A stretch of 64,000 nt of DNA from assembly GCA_963665845.2 (NCBI GenBank), contig OY762492.1:2784001-2848000 (forward strand), read 5' to 3'. The translations under genes and the position numbers were made by a program. Shown piece by piece: positions 38,453-47,978 of this stretch. Under the pieces are notes generated by a model. It had not been told where the DNA came from and did not search any database. It was given only the letters and a program-made list of their open reading frames with translations. The number at the start of each line of letters is the position of its first letter. Within the stretch, counting starts at the first letter, position 1. This stretch comes from Candidatus Poribacteria bacterium (GTDB lineage: Bacteria; Poribacteria; WGA-4E; GCA-2687025).

Positions 38453-40615
38453 ATGATGAGACGGTCGGCGTTCCTTGTTTTGTCGATATGGTTTGCCGCT
38501 GCGCAGCTTGCGGTCGACAGCGCCGCGCAAAAGAAGGTCGGATGGCATCCGGGGCCGGCAAATGATGTGGAATTCTCGCCGGACGGAAAGACGATCGCCA
38601 GCGCCGGCAGAGACCATACCGTCCGCCTATTTGACGCCGCAACAGGCGAACCGACAGCGGCGCTGAGGGGGCATACAAACAGGGTCAACGCGGTCGCGTT
38701 TTCGCCGGACGGAAAAACGCTCGCCAGCGGCGGATGGGACGATACTGTGCGCATATGGGATGTGTCGACAGGCAAACAGATTGCGGCGCTGGAAGGGCAT
38801 ACAGACTGGATCAACGCGGTCGCGTTTTCGCCGGACGGAAAAACGCTCGCCAGCGGAAGCGACGACTACACCATACGGCTATGGGACGCTTCCACATGGA
38901 CGCGCAAAGGCGCAATTGAATCGCCAGCGTTGTGGATCGAAACGCTCGCGTTTTCGCCGGACGGAAAAACGCTCGCCAGCGGAAGCGATGATGATGCCGT
39001 GCGCATATGGAATGTTTCGACAGGCAAACTGATTGCGGCGCTGGAAGGGCATACAGACGAGATCAATGCGGTCGCGTTTTCGCCGGACGGAAAAACGCTC
39101 GCCAGCGGAAGCGACGACTACACCATACGGCTATGGGACGCCTCTACCTGGACCCATAAAGGCGCGATTGAGTCGCCATGGTTGTGGATCGAAACGCTCG
39201 CGTTTTCGCCGGACGGAAAGACCCTATTGGGCGCCAGCGCCGGATACATTTATCTTTGGGATATGGAAAACGGCGGATTGAAGCAGACCATCGAAGGCAG
39301 CAGAGGGTTCACGTATTCCGTCGCCTATTCTCCAGACGGGCTGCATTTTGTCACCGGGGACGAGAACGGCGTTCTTCTTTGGTACGCCAAGACGGGGCGG
39401 TTGAAGAAGGAGCTGAACGGACATGCCAGCTTCGTTGAGACGATCGCCTTTTCGAAGGACGGCAGGACGCTGGTCAGCTACGGGCGGTGGGACAATTACG
39501 CGCGCGTTTGGAACCTCTCGACAGGGCAGCTCAAAAATGCTGTGGGACACGATAGTTTTCAGGCGTACTCCATGGCGCTGTCGCCGGACAGCAGCATGAT
39601 TGCCCTCGGCTACTTCCATGAAATCACACTCTCGAACGCGGAGACCGGCGCGCTCGAAACAACGATAGCGTTCAACGGTCTGAGTTCCATGTATTCGCTG
39701 GCGTTTTCGCCGTTCAATCAAACGCTCGCCAGCGGAGACCGCGACGGAAATGTGCATCTTTGGAACCCAAATACGGGAAGGAGCGCCGGAACGCTGAAGG
39801 GGCATTCGTCGGCGGTCCGCGCTTTGGCGTACTCTCCGGACGGAAAGACGCTCGCCACCGGAAGCCGCGACAAAACGGCGCGGCTCTGGGGGTCGTCAAC
39901 GCGGCAGATGAAGGCGGTTCTGCTGGGGCATTCAGGCGAGATCAACGCGCTTGCCTTTTCGCCCGACAGCAAAACGCTGGCTACAGGAAGCGGCGACGCG
40001 ACGATACGGCTCTGGGACGGCGACACGGGCGCGCTCAAAGCGACGCTGGCGGGGCATTCCGCGCCTGTCCGCGCGCTCGCCTTTTCGTCCGACGGCAGAA
40101 CGCTCGCCAGCGGCGACTCCGACGGGGCGGTACAGCTCTGGGACCCCGCCGCCGGCGCGCTGAAAGGCTCCATCAACCAGTTTGAATACGGCGTCTATTC
40201 GCTGGCGTTTTCAAAAAGCGGATGGACGCTGGCGGTCGGCGGAGGGGACGGGTTCATTCGGCTGCGCAGCATGCGCACAGGCTTTCTATGGGCGGAAACG
40301 AGGCAGCCCTCATCCAGACTGTTTGAAACGGCGCTTCTGGCGAATTACCCGAACCCGTTCAACCCTGAAACATGGATCCCGTTCGATCTGGCGGAGCCGA
40401 GCCGCGTTCGGATATGGATCTACAACGCGCGGGGAGAGACGGTGCGCGTATTGGATATGGGCAAACTGCCGGCAGGCTCCTACCGCAGCCGAGACTCCGC
40501 CGCCCGCTGGGATGGAAGGGACGCCCTCGGCGCGCCCGCCGCCAGCGGAACCTATTTTGTCCGCTTAGAGGCGGGTTCGTTCACGGCTATTCGGCGGATG
40601 GTTTTGTTAAAATAA
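38453..40615 (+). CDS. Secreted WD40-repeat protein with C-terminal FlgD-Ig/sorting-type domain
   Basis: RBS aaggag; signal peptide; about 14 AFSPDGKTLASG repeats; ETALLANYPNPFNPETWIPF...WDGRD..G...ASGTYF...RRMVLLK. Confidence 0.92.
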   Translation: MMRRSAFLVLSIWFAAAQLAVDSAAQKKVGWHPGPANDVEFSPDGKTIASAGRDHTVRLFDAATGEPTAALRGHTNRVNAVAFSPDGKTLASGGWDDTVRIWDVSTGKQIAALEGHTDWINAVAFSPDGKTLASGSDDYTIRLWDASTWTRKGAIESPALWIETLAFSPDGKTLASGSDDDAVRIWNVSTGKLIAALEGHTDEINAVAFSPDGKTLASGSDDYTIRLWDASTWTHKGAIESPWLWIETLAFSPDGKTLLGASAGYIYLWDMENGGLKQTIEGSRGFTYSVAYSPDGLHFVTGDENGVLLWYAKTGRLKKELNGHASFVETIAFSKDGRTLVSYGRWDNYARVWNLSTGQLKNAVGHDSFQAYSMALSPDSSMIALGYFHEITLSNAETGALETTIAFNGLSSMYSLAFSPFNQTLASGDRDGNVHLWNPNTGRSAGTLKGHSSAVRALAYSPDGKTLATGSRDKTARLWGSSTRQMKAVLLGHSGEINALAFSPDSKTLATGSGDATIRLWDGDTGALKATLAGHSAPVRALAFSSDGRTLASGDSDGAVQLWDPAAGALKGSINQFEYGVYSLAFSKSGWTLAVGGGDGFIRLRSMRTGFLWAETRQPSSRLFETALLANYPNPFNPETWIPFDLAEPSRVRIWIYNARGETVRVLDMGKLPAGSYRSRDSAARWDGRDALGAPAASGTYFVRLEAGSFTAIRRMVLLK

Positions 40616-40626
40616 GGCGGAGCGGA

Positions 40627-41448
40627 TCATAAAAACGGCCAGAGCGGGGTCAGCTGTTCCAGCTCCGTTTCCGCCTCCTGTTTTGAGCTGTTTTCTAGAC
40701 GCTTGACGAGAAATGCCAGTTTTTGGAGCGCGCCTTTTCGCGCGGCGGGAGAAGCGTTTTCGGCGTCCAGCTCGGCAAGCGCTTTTTCGGTCATCTGGGA
40801 CAAGCGGCGGAGGACGGATGGATCATGCGCCTGCGCCTCCGCAACCAGCTTGCGCATGCCCCGTCGCGTCTCTTGCGCGATTCGCTCCATCAGCCCCGGC
40901 GTATCCTGCCAGACGGCGCGCCGCCCGCGCGTGTCTAGATGCGCGAACTGCTGCGCGCGGTAGTATCCGACTCCGCCGTTGAACTCAAAGCTCCACCCGT
41001 TCTCTTTCTCGGCTGGACGAAGCGAATAGAGCCGCGCGCCGCCGTTTTGGTCCGCCCCGCTTCGTATCGGGACGGGGCAATGGAAACGCCTGCCCTGCCA
41101 GTTGAGAAGCGTTTCGGCGGCGGCTTCCTGTTTGCCGTTGTCAAGATAAAAGTCGACGGCGGAAAAGGCGGTGTGGAGGCTGGCGGGCGCGCCGCCGACA
41201 GCGGCGTTGTACGCGGGCGACCGATACGCCGAGGAGAGGCTGATGGGCGCGTTTATCCGCTCGCGCAGCGCGTCTAGGACGATGAGCGTCGGCGCGATGT
41301 TGCTCCAAAGCGCCGGCGCCGGCGGGCTGTTGCGGACGCCGTTTCGCTCCCTGTGAAAAAGCGCCGTCAGCTCGTTCGCTTTGAAGTTCCGTAGGCGCAG
41401 TTTGTTGATAAACTTCTGAAACTGCGTTTCTGATTTCCAAGCGGGCAT
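40627..41448 (-). CDS. Peptidase M15 (D-Ala-D-Ala carboxypeptidase-like) with helical C-terminal extension
   Basis: SSAYRSPAYNAAVGGA..SLH...AVD and GVGYY...FAHLDTRG zinc motifs. Confidence 0.88.
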   Translation of the reverse strand: MPAWKSETQFQKFINKLRLRNFKANELTALFHRERNGVRNSPPAPALWSNIAPTLIVLDALRERINAPISLSSAYRSPAYNAAVGGAPASLHTAFSAVDFYLDNGKQEAAAETLLNWQGRRFHCPVPIRSGADQNGGARLYSLRPAEKENGWSFEFNGGVGYYRAQQFAHLDTRGRRAVWQDTPGLMERIAQETRRGMRKLVAEAQAHDPSVLRRLSQMTEKALAELDAENASPAARKGALQKLAFLVKRLENSSKQEAETELEQLTPLWPFL

Positions 41449-41462
41449 CGGTTTCTCCAGCG

Positions 41463-42857
41463 TTATTTCGCTTTCAGGTTCGCCCAAACGGAGGCAAGTT
41501 TTCCGCGCGGATCAACCTGCGCGACCACTTCGCCGGCGGAAGCGCCCGCGTGTAAAACGCCTTCGATCCCTCCGCTTCCTTCGATGGCGGAGACGGACGC
41601 CGGCTCGTTGAGCGGAAAGTTCGCCTCGTTCGCGTAGATCGTTTCAAGAATCCAGCGCCCGTCCGTAATCTGAATGTTGTCGAAGAAGGCGCGGTAGACG
41701 CCGCCGGGATGTCCGCCCGTCTTAAACGCGAGCGAGAGTTCGACAAGATCGCTTCCGTTGAGCGCGTTGAGAGGGATCTTGCGGTGGTACCATTTGTCGA
41801 CCGCATGGTCGGACAGGTCGGCATTCGGATCTGCCGACAGGTTGTTTTCATCTTTGGCGCCGCTTCCGCTAAGCGTCCGCCCGTCCGCGGCGACCGCGTC
41901 AATGCCGACGCTGTACACGGGGCTTTTGGAGGAGATGCGCGTTTGGTATTCCAAAAACATACCATCTGTAACGGCGAACCGCCCCTCCCATATTTTGATA
42001 TGCGCCTTCGCGTCCGATTCGGCTTGCGGAAGGTTGAAGTAAAAGACGATGAAGGAGCCTTCAGGTTTCCGCACAACGGCGCCGCCAGGGTCCGTTACTG
42101 TAACGGTCAAGGTCGTTTTGGAGGAGGCGCCATGCGCGTCCACAACGGTGAGCGACACCGTATAAACCCCCGCGTTCGGATAGGTATGCGACACATTCGC
42201 GCCCTGCGCCGAGGCGCCGTCTCCGAAGCTCCACATATACGCCGCAATGCCGTAATCGTCCGTCGAGTCGGTCGCGTCCAGTTGAAACGCCGCGCCCGTT
42301 TCAACCTGCGCCGCTCCCTTGATGACAGCGGTAGGCGCTTGATTCGGCTGAAGGGAGGCGTTCGTCAACTTCGCAACGGCAATCTGCTTTTCATCTGAAT
42401 TGAGAAACTTGGGGCGAATCGGTTTCAGCAGCGCCGCTGATTCGGAAAGGACGGTGAAGGAAACGGTACCGAGCAAACCGGAGCCGTCAACGCCGTTTTC
42501 GGTTGAGGTGACGGCGAGAAGAACCGACCCGTCCAGTTGATCAGGATCGTTCTGAATATCTTTCAGGATCGGAGCCACGGCGAAAGTGGAGCCGCCCTGT
42601 TTTAAAAAATCGCCCTCTTGGAACGAATCGAACTCTAGAACCGTTTTGGGATAGGCGACTTCAATCTGCCAGCCGAACAGGTCGACAGCGCCATCAATCG
42701 AAAGGCGTATATCGACTCGGCTGCCAGCGGTCGGCATCGGTCCCGGCGGAGGGGTGAGCGACACATCCGCCCCTGCCGCCTGCTGTAAAGTTGCGGCGCT
42801 CAAAGCGGCGGCAAGGAGCGGAGCGGCAAGTTTCATGAGCGCGTTATGGGTTCGCAT
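41463..42857 (-). CDS. Secreted cohesin-like + PKD domain protein with C-terminal motif
   Basis: Signal peptide; DLFGWQ.EVAY...EGDFL...GSGLLGTVSF; PKD YMWSFGDG...SHTYPNAGVYTVSLTV; ends VDPRGKLASVWANLKAK. Confidence 0.85.
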   Translation of the reverse strand: MRTHNALMKLAAPLLAAALSAATLQQAAGADVSLTPPPGPMPTAGSRVDIRLSIDGAVDLFGWQIEVAYPKTVLEFDSFQEGDFLKQGGSTFAVAPILKDIQNDPDQLDGSVLLAVTSTENGVDGSGLLGTVSFTVLSESAALLKPIRPKFLNSDEKQIAVAKLTNASLQPNQAPTAVIKGAAQVETGAAFQLDATDSTDDYGIAAYMWSFGDGASAQGANVSHTYPNAGVYTVSLTVVDAHGASSKTTLTVTVTDPGGAVVRKPEGSFIVFYFNLPQAESDAKAHIKIWEGRFAVTDGMFLEYQTRISSKSPVYSVGIDAVAADGRTLSGSGAKDENNLSADPNADLSDHAVDKWYHRKIPLNALNGSDLVELSLAFKTGGHPGGVYRAFFDNIQITDGRWILETIYANEANFPLNEPASVSAIEGSGGIEGVLHAGASAGEVVAQVDPRGKLASVWANLKAK

Positions 42858-42960
42858 GGGCGCGTCCTTCCTTTTAAATTAAAGCGCTGCGGTCGTTTTC
42901 CCATGTTGAATTTAACGATCCTCCCGCCCGATGCGTACCGCCGCGTGTTGATATGGGCGA

Positions 42961-44007
42961 TTATGAGGCGGCGCGGATATACTCTTCGCTCACCTCCAGG
43001 TCTTTGACCGCGTCCGCGGCGGGCGCGAGGTTTGGCGCGCCATGCTGTATGGAGGCGGCGAAGGCGCGCGCCTGCTCCTCAAACGCCCATTTCTGCGGCA
43101 GGTAAAGCCGCGTCTCCTGCGGCGGATCGCCCGCGCGGTAGATGGTCGCCTCGCCGGCGCGGTGGCGCGCCATCGGCGCCGGCATCTCCAAATGCACATA
43201 GCCGCTGTCAAAATGCGCCGTGTAGGTTTCAATCCACCGGTATTGAAGCCCGCGCTCCGCCATCTCAAGTAGAATGAGAGCGCCGCTGTCCGACACGGCG
43301 GTCATAACGCGCCCGCCGCTGTCCGCGTATTCGACGCGGTAATCTTCTCCCAGCAGATACCGAATCAGGTTGATCTGATGAATGTAAAAATTGATGAACC
43401 CGACATACCGATTTCCCTGATGCTCATCCATCCATTCGGGCGGCGATTCGCCCGTTTGCCCCGCATACGCAGGCGTATGGTCGCCTCGGTGGATGGGCGG
43501 CTCATGCTCCATCGTCCAGTCGCCGGGCGGCATGCAGACGCGCAGGTAGCTCAGGTTGCCCGCCTCGCCCGTTTCGCGCCACTGCTGAATGGTTTGCCGC
43601 GCCGCCTTCGCGCCGACATCATGCCGTTTCATATACCCGATCTGGTAATGAACGCCCTTCTCTTCGGCAAGCGCGTTCAGTTCCCGCGCGTTGTCGGGTC
43701 GAATGCAGATCGGTTTTTCGGTGATGAGAGGCTTGCCGGCGTTCAAAATATCCCGCGCAAGCGAGTTGAACAGGTGAAAGCCCATGACGGCGACCACCCC
43801 GTCGATGCTCTCATCCTCTAGGAGCGCATGATGGTCGGGATAGATTTTCGGTATGCCGAATTTTTGGGCGACCGCCTTCGCGGTTTCGGCTCTTCCTTCG
43901 GCGAGGGCTGCCAGTTCGCAGCTGTCGATCTTGGCGTAATTCGCCATATGCGCATTTTGACCCATATAACCGGCGCCGACAAATCCGATGCGTACCTTTT
44001 CAGCCAT
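42961..44007 (-). CDS. Gfo/Idh/MocA-family oxidoreductase
   Basis: RIGFVGAGYMG, TEKPI, IGYMKRHD. Confidence 0.9.
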   Translation of the reverse strand: MAEKVRIGFVGAGYMGQNAHMANYAKIDSCELAALAEGRAETAKAVAQKFGIPKIYPDHHALLEDESIDGVVAVMGFHLFNSLARDILNAGKPLITEKPICIRPDNARELNALAEEKGVHYQIGYMKRHDVGAKAARQTIQQWRETGEAGNLSYLRVCMPPGDWTMEHEPPIHRGDHTPAYAGQTGESPPEWMDEHQGNRYVGFINFYIHQINLIRYLLGEDYRVEYADSGGRVMTAVSDSGALILLEMAERGLQYRWIETYTAHFDSGYVHLEMPAPMARHRAGEATIYRAGDPPQETRLYLPQKWAFEEQARAFAASIQHGAPNLAPAADAVKDLEVSEEYIRAAS

Positions 44008-44075
44008 AAAGCATGACTCCCGTTTTTTGACCGATTCATTTTAGCCGATTCTCTCCGCCGCGTCATGCGCCCCAC

Positions 44076-44520
44076 CCTGTCATTCCCGCGCCCACCCTGT
44101 CATTCCCGCGCCCCACCCTGTCATTCCGCGCCCCCTTCTCGTCATTCCCGCGCAAGCGGGAATCCAGAGGCGCGTCCCAACGCTCCGCATTCCCCATCTG
44201 CGCCGTTTCCCCGGAGCGTCATTCCCGCGACCCACCCTGTCATTCCCGCGACCCACCTTGTCATTCCCGCGCCCCACCCTGTCATTTCCGCGCCCCACCT
44301 TGTCATTCCCGCGCCCCACCCTGTCATTCCCGCGTAAGCGGGAATCTTAGGCGCCGCCGTTGCCGTCTGAACTAAGATTGCCAAGATAGAAAAGATTGCC
44401 AAGAAAATTCCTGCATACCGCTCTCTTGGCAATCTTAATCATCCTTCAATCTTAGTTCAAAACCAACTTCAACCCGCGCGCTCAAACCCCCCTAGCCCAT
44501 TTTCAAGGGGGAATCGGACG
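44076..44520. repeat. Degenerate 20-21 nt tandem half-A repeats followed by an A-C-B composite
   Basis: gtcattcccgcgccccaccct units; full A at 44141 and 44323; C at 44368-44459; B at about 44485-44515. Confidence 0.88.
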
Positions 44521-44576
44521 TTGCGCCGTCAGCCGAATCGGTATAGGATGCGCAGACCTGTTGAACGGAGGAGCCG

Positions 44577-46088
44577 ATGAGTCAGGAACGCCCGAACATA
44601 CTGTTAATCACGAGCGACCAGCAGCATTGGAACACGCTGGGCTGTCTCAACCCGGAGATCGAAACGCCGAACCTGGACCGCCTCGCCGAGCAGGGGACGC
44701 TCTTCAACCGCGCCTATGTCCCGAACCCGACCTGCACCCCGACGCGCGCCTCCATCATCACCGGCATGTATCCGAGCCAGCATGGAGCCTACTCGCTGGG
44801 AACGAAGCTGATGGAGGATGTCCATACTGTCGGCGAGGATTTTTCGGGCGCCGGCTATCAGACGGCTCTTGTCGGGAAGGCGCATTTTCAGCCGCTGCGC
44901 GAACGGGACGGCTACACATCTCTAGAGTCGTATCCGATCATGCAGGACCTAGACTTCTGGCGCGACTTCAACGGACCCTTCTACGGGTTTGAGCATGTCG
45001 AACTGGCGCGCAACCATGTGGACGAGGCGCATGTCGGGCAGCATTACGCGATCTGGATGGAGGAGAACGGGCTTGACAACTGGCGCGACTATTTCCGTCC
45101 GCCGACCGGCAACAACCGTTCGCAGCGGCACAAGTGGCTCATCCCCGAAGAGTTTCATTACGACCGCTGGATTGCGGAGCGTTCCAACGCGCTCATGTCG
45201 GAGTATGCGGAGAACGACGACCCGTTTTTCCTCTGGGCAAGCTTCTTTGATCCGCACCCGGCGTATCTTGTTCCTGAACCGTGGGACACGATGTACGACC
45301 CCGCCGCGTTGACGGTTCCTGAAGCGGCGCCCGGCGAGCATGACCGCAACCCGCCCCATTTTCAGATGACGCAGCAGAGGAAGCCCGACTTTTCACCCTG
45401 GCGGGAAAGCGGGCAGGGCATCCATGGCATGCGCTCGCATCTGTTTGACAAGGAAGCGATGGCAAAGAACATCGCCGTCTATTACGCAATGACGACGCTG
45501 ATGGACAAGTATATCGGCGTCATTTTAGACAAGCTGGAGGCGCTGGGGCTGGCGGAGAACACGCTTGTGCTGTTCACCTCAGACCATGGGCATTTTTACG
45601 GGCAGCATGGCCTCATTGCGAAGGGGCCGTTCCATTATGAAGACCTGATCAAGGTTCCGTATATCGTACGCATGCCAGGGCGGACGCCGGCGGGCGAGCG
45701 TTCAGACGCGCTCCAGACGCTTGTCGATCTGGCGCCGTCCTTCTTGAGCGTCTGCGGAATCGAACCGCCGGGGACGATGACGGGAGTCGACCAAAGCGGC
45801 GTCTGGTTCGGCGAGACCGACGCGGCGCGCGACCATGTCGTGGTGGAGAACCGCCATGAGCCGACGACGATCCATGTCAAGACCTATGTTGACGCGCGCT
45901 ACAAGCTGACGGTCTACTATCAGCAAACCTACGGCGAGCTGTTCGATCTGGAGAGCGACCCCGATGAGACCCATAACCTGTGGGGCGACCCGTCCTATTC
46001 GGCGTTGAAGGCGGAGCTGATCCAGAAGCTGCTGTTCGCCGAGATGGGCAAAGAGCCGCTGCGGATGCCGCGCATATCGGGCGCCTAG
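44577..46088 (+). CDS. Formylglycine-dependent sulfatase
   Basis: PNILLITSDQ, CTPTRASIITG (CxPxR), GKAH, DPHP, FTSDHG, ELFDLESDPDE. Confidence 0.95.
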   Translation: MSQERPNILLITSDQQHWNTLGCLNPEIETPNLDRLAEQGTLFNRAYVPNPTCTPTRASIITGMYPSQHGAYSLGTKLMEDVHTVGEDFSGAGYQTALVGKAHFQPLRERDGYTSLESYPIMQDLDFWRDFNGPFYGFEHVELARNHVDEAHVGQHYAIWMEENGLDNWRDYFRPPTGNNRSQRHKWLIPEEFHYDRWIAERSNALMSEYAENDDPFFLWASFFDPHPAYLVPEPWDTMYDPAALTVPEAAPGEHDRNPPHFQMTQQRKPDFSPWRESGQGIHGMRSHLFDKEAMAKNIAVYYAMTTLMDKYIGVILDKLEALGLAENTLVLFTSDHGHFYGQHGLIAKGPFHYEDLIKVPYIVRMPGRTPAGERSDALQTLVDLAPSFLSVCGIEPPGTMTGVDQSGVWFGETDAARDHVVVENRHEPTTIHVKTYVDARYKLTVYYQQTYGELFDLESDPDETHNLWGDPSYSALKAELIQKLLFAEMGKEPLRMPRISGA

Positions 46089-46858
46089 GGACTGGCGCGC
46101 AGGCGTTCGTCCGCGAAAAGCAGCCCCTTGAGCGTCAGATACGGGTCGATGGCGTCCACCAGCTCCGAATGCGGCGCCAGAACGCCCGACAAGCCGCCGG
46201 TCGCTATGACGGTCGGCTTCGCGTTCAGCTCGTCGGCGATCAGCTCAAGCATGCGCTCCATCTGTCCTAGGTAGCCGTAGTAGAGGCCGGACTGTACGCA
46301 TTCGTTCGTGTTTCGCCCTATGACGCGCGGCGGCTTTTCAATTTTTTCAAGCGGTTTCAACATGGACGCTTTTTGAAACAGCGCGTCGATGGAGATCTGA
46401 ATGCCGGGCATGAAGGCGCCGCCGCGGAAGACTCCCCCCTCGCCGACGACATCTAGGTTCGTCGCGGTGCCGAAGTCGACAACGACGGCGGGCAGCGGGT
46501 AAAGGCGGAGAGCGGCAAGGGCGTTCAAGGCGCGGTCGGCGCCGACTTCGCTTGGGTTGTCCACATCCAGCCGAATGCCGAGGTTCGATGCGGTCGCAAT
46601 CAGCGGCTCGCGGCGGAGATACCGGGCGCACGCTTGGGAGAAGGTTTGCGTCAACGCGGGAACGACCGAAGCGGCGCAAACCCGTTCAACCCGCGTCGGG
46701 TCTTGTCCGCCCGCTTGCATGAGGGAGATGAGCAGCGCGCCGTATTCGTCCGCGTTTTTGTTCAGGTCGGTTCGGAGCCGCCACGGTTGAATGAGCCTGC
46801 CGTTTTGGAACAGGCCGAGGGCGATCTCGGTGTTGCCGATGTCAGCCGTTAGCAGCAT
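46085..46858 (-). CDS. coaX: Type III pantothenate kinase
   Basis: DIGNT, ASVVP, VGADR, VVDFGTAT, IGRNT, IATGG, LTLKGL. Confidence 0.96.
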   Translation of the reverse strand: MLLTADIGNTEIALGLFQNGRLIQPWRLRTDLNKNADEYGALLISLMQAGGQDPTRVERVCAASVVPALTQTFSQACARYLRREPLIATASNLGIRLDVDNPSEVGADRALNALAALRLYPLPAVVVDFGTATNLDVVGEGGVFRGGAFMPGIQISIDALFQKASMLKPLEKIEKPPRVIGRNTNECVQSGLYYGYLGQMERMLELIADELNAKPTVIATGGLSGVLAPHSELVDAIDPYLTLKGLLFADERLRASP

Positions 46859-46971
46859 AGGTTCTTTCAGGCGGTTGAGGTCGGTTGGCGCCGCTTTGAT
46901 GATGTTAGCCGTTTACGCCGCTTTTTTCCAGCGGGAAGGCGCCGCAGAAACGCCCGCGTTCGCATTCAGGG

Positions 46972-47000
46972 TTGACGCTCGCCGACGGATGCGCTACATT
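46972..47000 (+). promoter_or_regulatory. Possible sigma70 promoter
   Basis: TTGACG, 17 nt spacer, TACATT, upstream of the TPR gene. Confidence 0.4.
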
Positions 47001-47038
47001 ATTCAGTGTGATAGAAACGCAACATAGGATGAACAGAC

Positions 47039-47920
47039 ATGAGCCGTCAGAAAACCAAACCGAGAAACGCCGCCGACATCATCGCCTATATCAACCGCGG
47101 CAAAGATCACACCAAAAGGGGCGATTTTGAAGCCGCCATTGCGGATCACACCAAAGCGATAGAGATCAATCCAAACGATGCTGTCCTCTATTCCATCGCC
47201 TATTCCAATCGCGGCGTTGCTTACGCCGAAAAAGGCGATCTGGACAGCGCCATTGCGGATCACGCCAAAGCGATAGAATTCAATCCAAACTCGATCGCCG
47301 CCTACATCAATCGCGGCAGCGCTTACGCCCAAAAAGGCGATTTTGAAGCCGCCATTGCGGATCACACCAAAGCGATAGAACTCGATCCAAACTTGGATGT
47401 CGGCTATTACACTCGCGGCGTTGCTTACGCCCAAAAAGGCGATTTTGAAGCCGCCATCGCAGATTACAGCAAAGCGATAGCGCTGGATCCAAACGACCCC
47501 GACGCTTATTTCAACCGCGGCGTTGCTTACGCCGAAAAAGGCGACTTTGACGACGCCATCGCAGATTACAGCAAAGCGATAGCGCTGGATCCAAACGATG
47601 CGAAAGCCTATTGCAACCGCGGCTCTGCTTACGCCCAAAAAGGCGATTTTGACAAGGTCATCGCGGATTGCAGCAAAGCGATAGAGATCAACCCAAACGA
47701 TGCCGTATCCCATCAAAATCGCGGAGGCGCTTACTTCCAAAAAGGCGATCTGGACGGCGCCATCGCGGAGTACAACAAATCGATAGAGATCGATCCAAAC
47801 GATGCCATAGCCTATCGAAATCGCGCCGATGCGTACTTCAAAAGGGATGGTTTTGCAGCCGCCGTCGAGGATTACAGAAAAGCGCTTGAGCTTGAGGAGG
47901 CTAGCGGAGAGGAATCCTAG
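47039..47920 (+). CDS. TPR-only protein, about 8 near-identical repeats
   Basis: AYxNRGxAYAxKGDFxAAIADxxKAIExDPN with 34-aa period. Confidence 0.93.
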   Translation: MSRQKTKPRNAADIIAYINRGKDHTKRGDFEAAIADHTKAIEINPNDAVLYSIAYSNRGVAYAEKGDLDSAIADHAKAIEFNPNSIAAYINRGSAYAQKGDFEAAIADHTKAIELDPNLDVGYYTRGVAYAQKGDFEAAIADYSKAIALDPNDPDAYFNRGVAYAEKGDFDDAIADYSKAIALDPNDAKAYCNRGSAYAQKGDFDKVIADCSKAIEINPNDAVSHQNRGGAYFQKGDLDGAIAEYNKSIEIDPNDAIAYRNRADAYFKRDGFAAAVEDYRKALELEEASGEES

Positions 47921-47978
47921 AAACCCCGAAGCGTCCGCCCGCCAAGTGACTCCCGGCGCGTCCCCCTTCCCCCGCTTT

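Noticed and set aside
47003-47740. 245-aa hydrophobic repeat ORF on the minus strand
   Set aside because: Antisense shadow of the TPR gene; its periodicity mirrors the TPR repeats.
38453-47920. Diversity-generating retroelement behind the repeated WD40/TPR DNA
   Set aside because: No reverse transcriptase and no non-coding template repeat with adenine-specific mismatches was seen.
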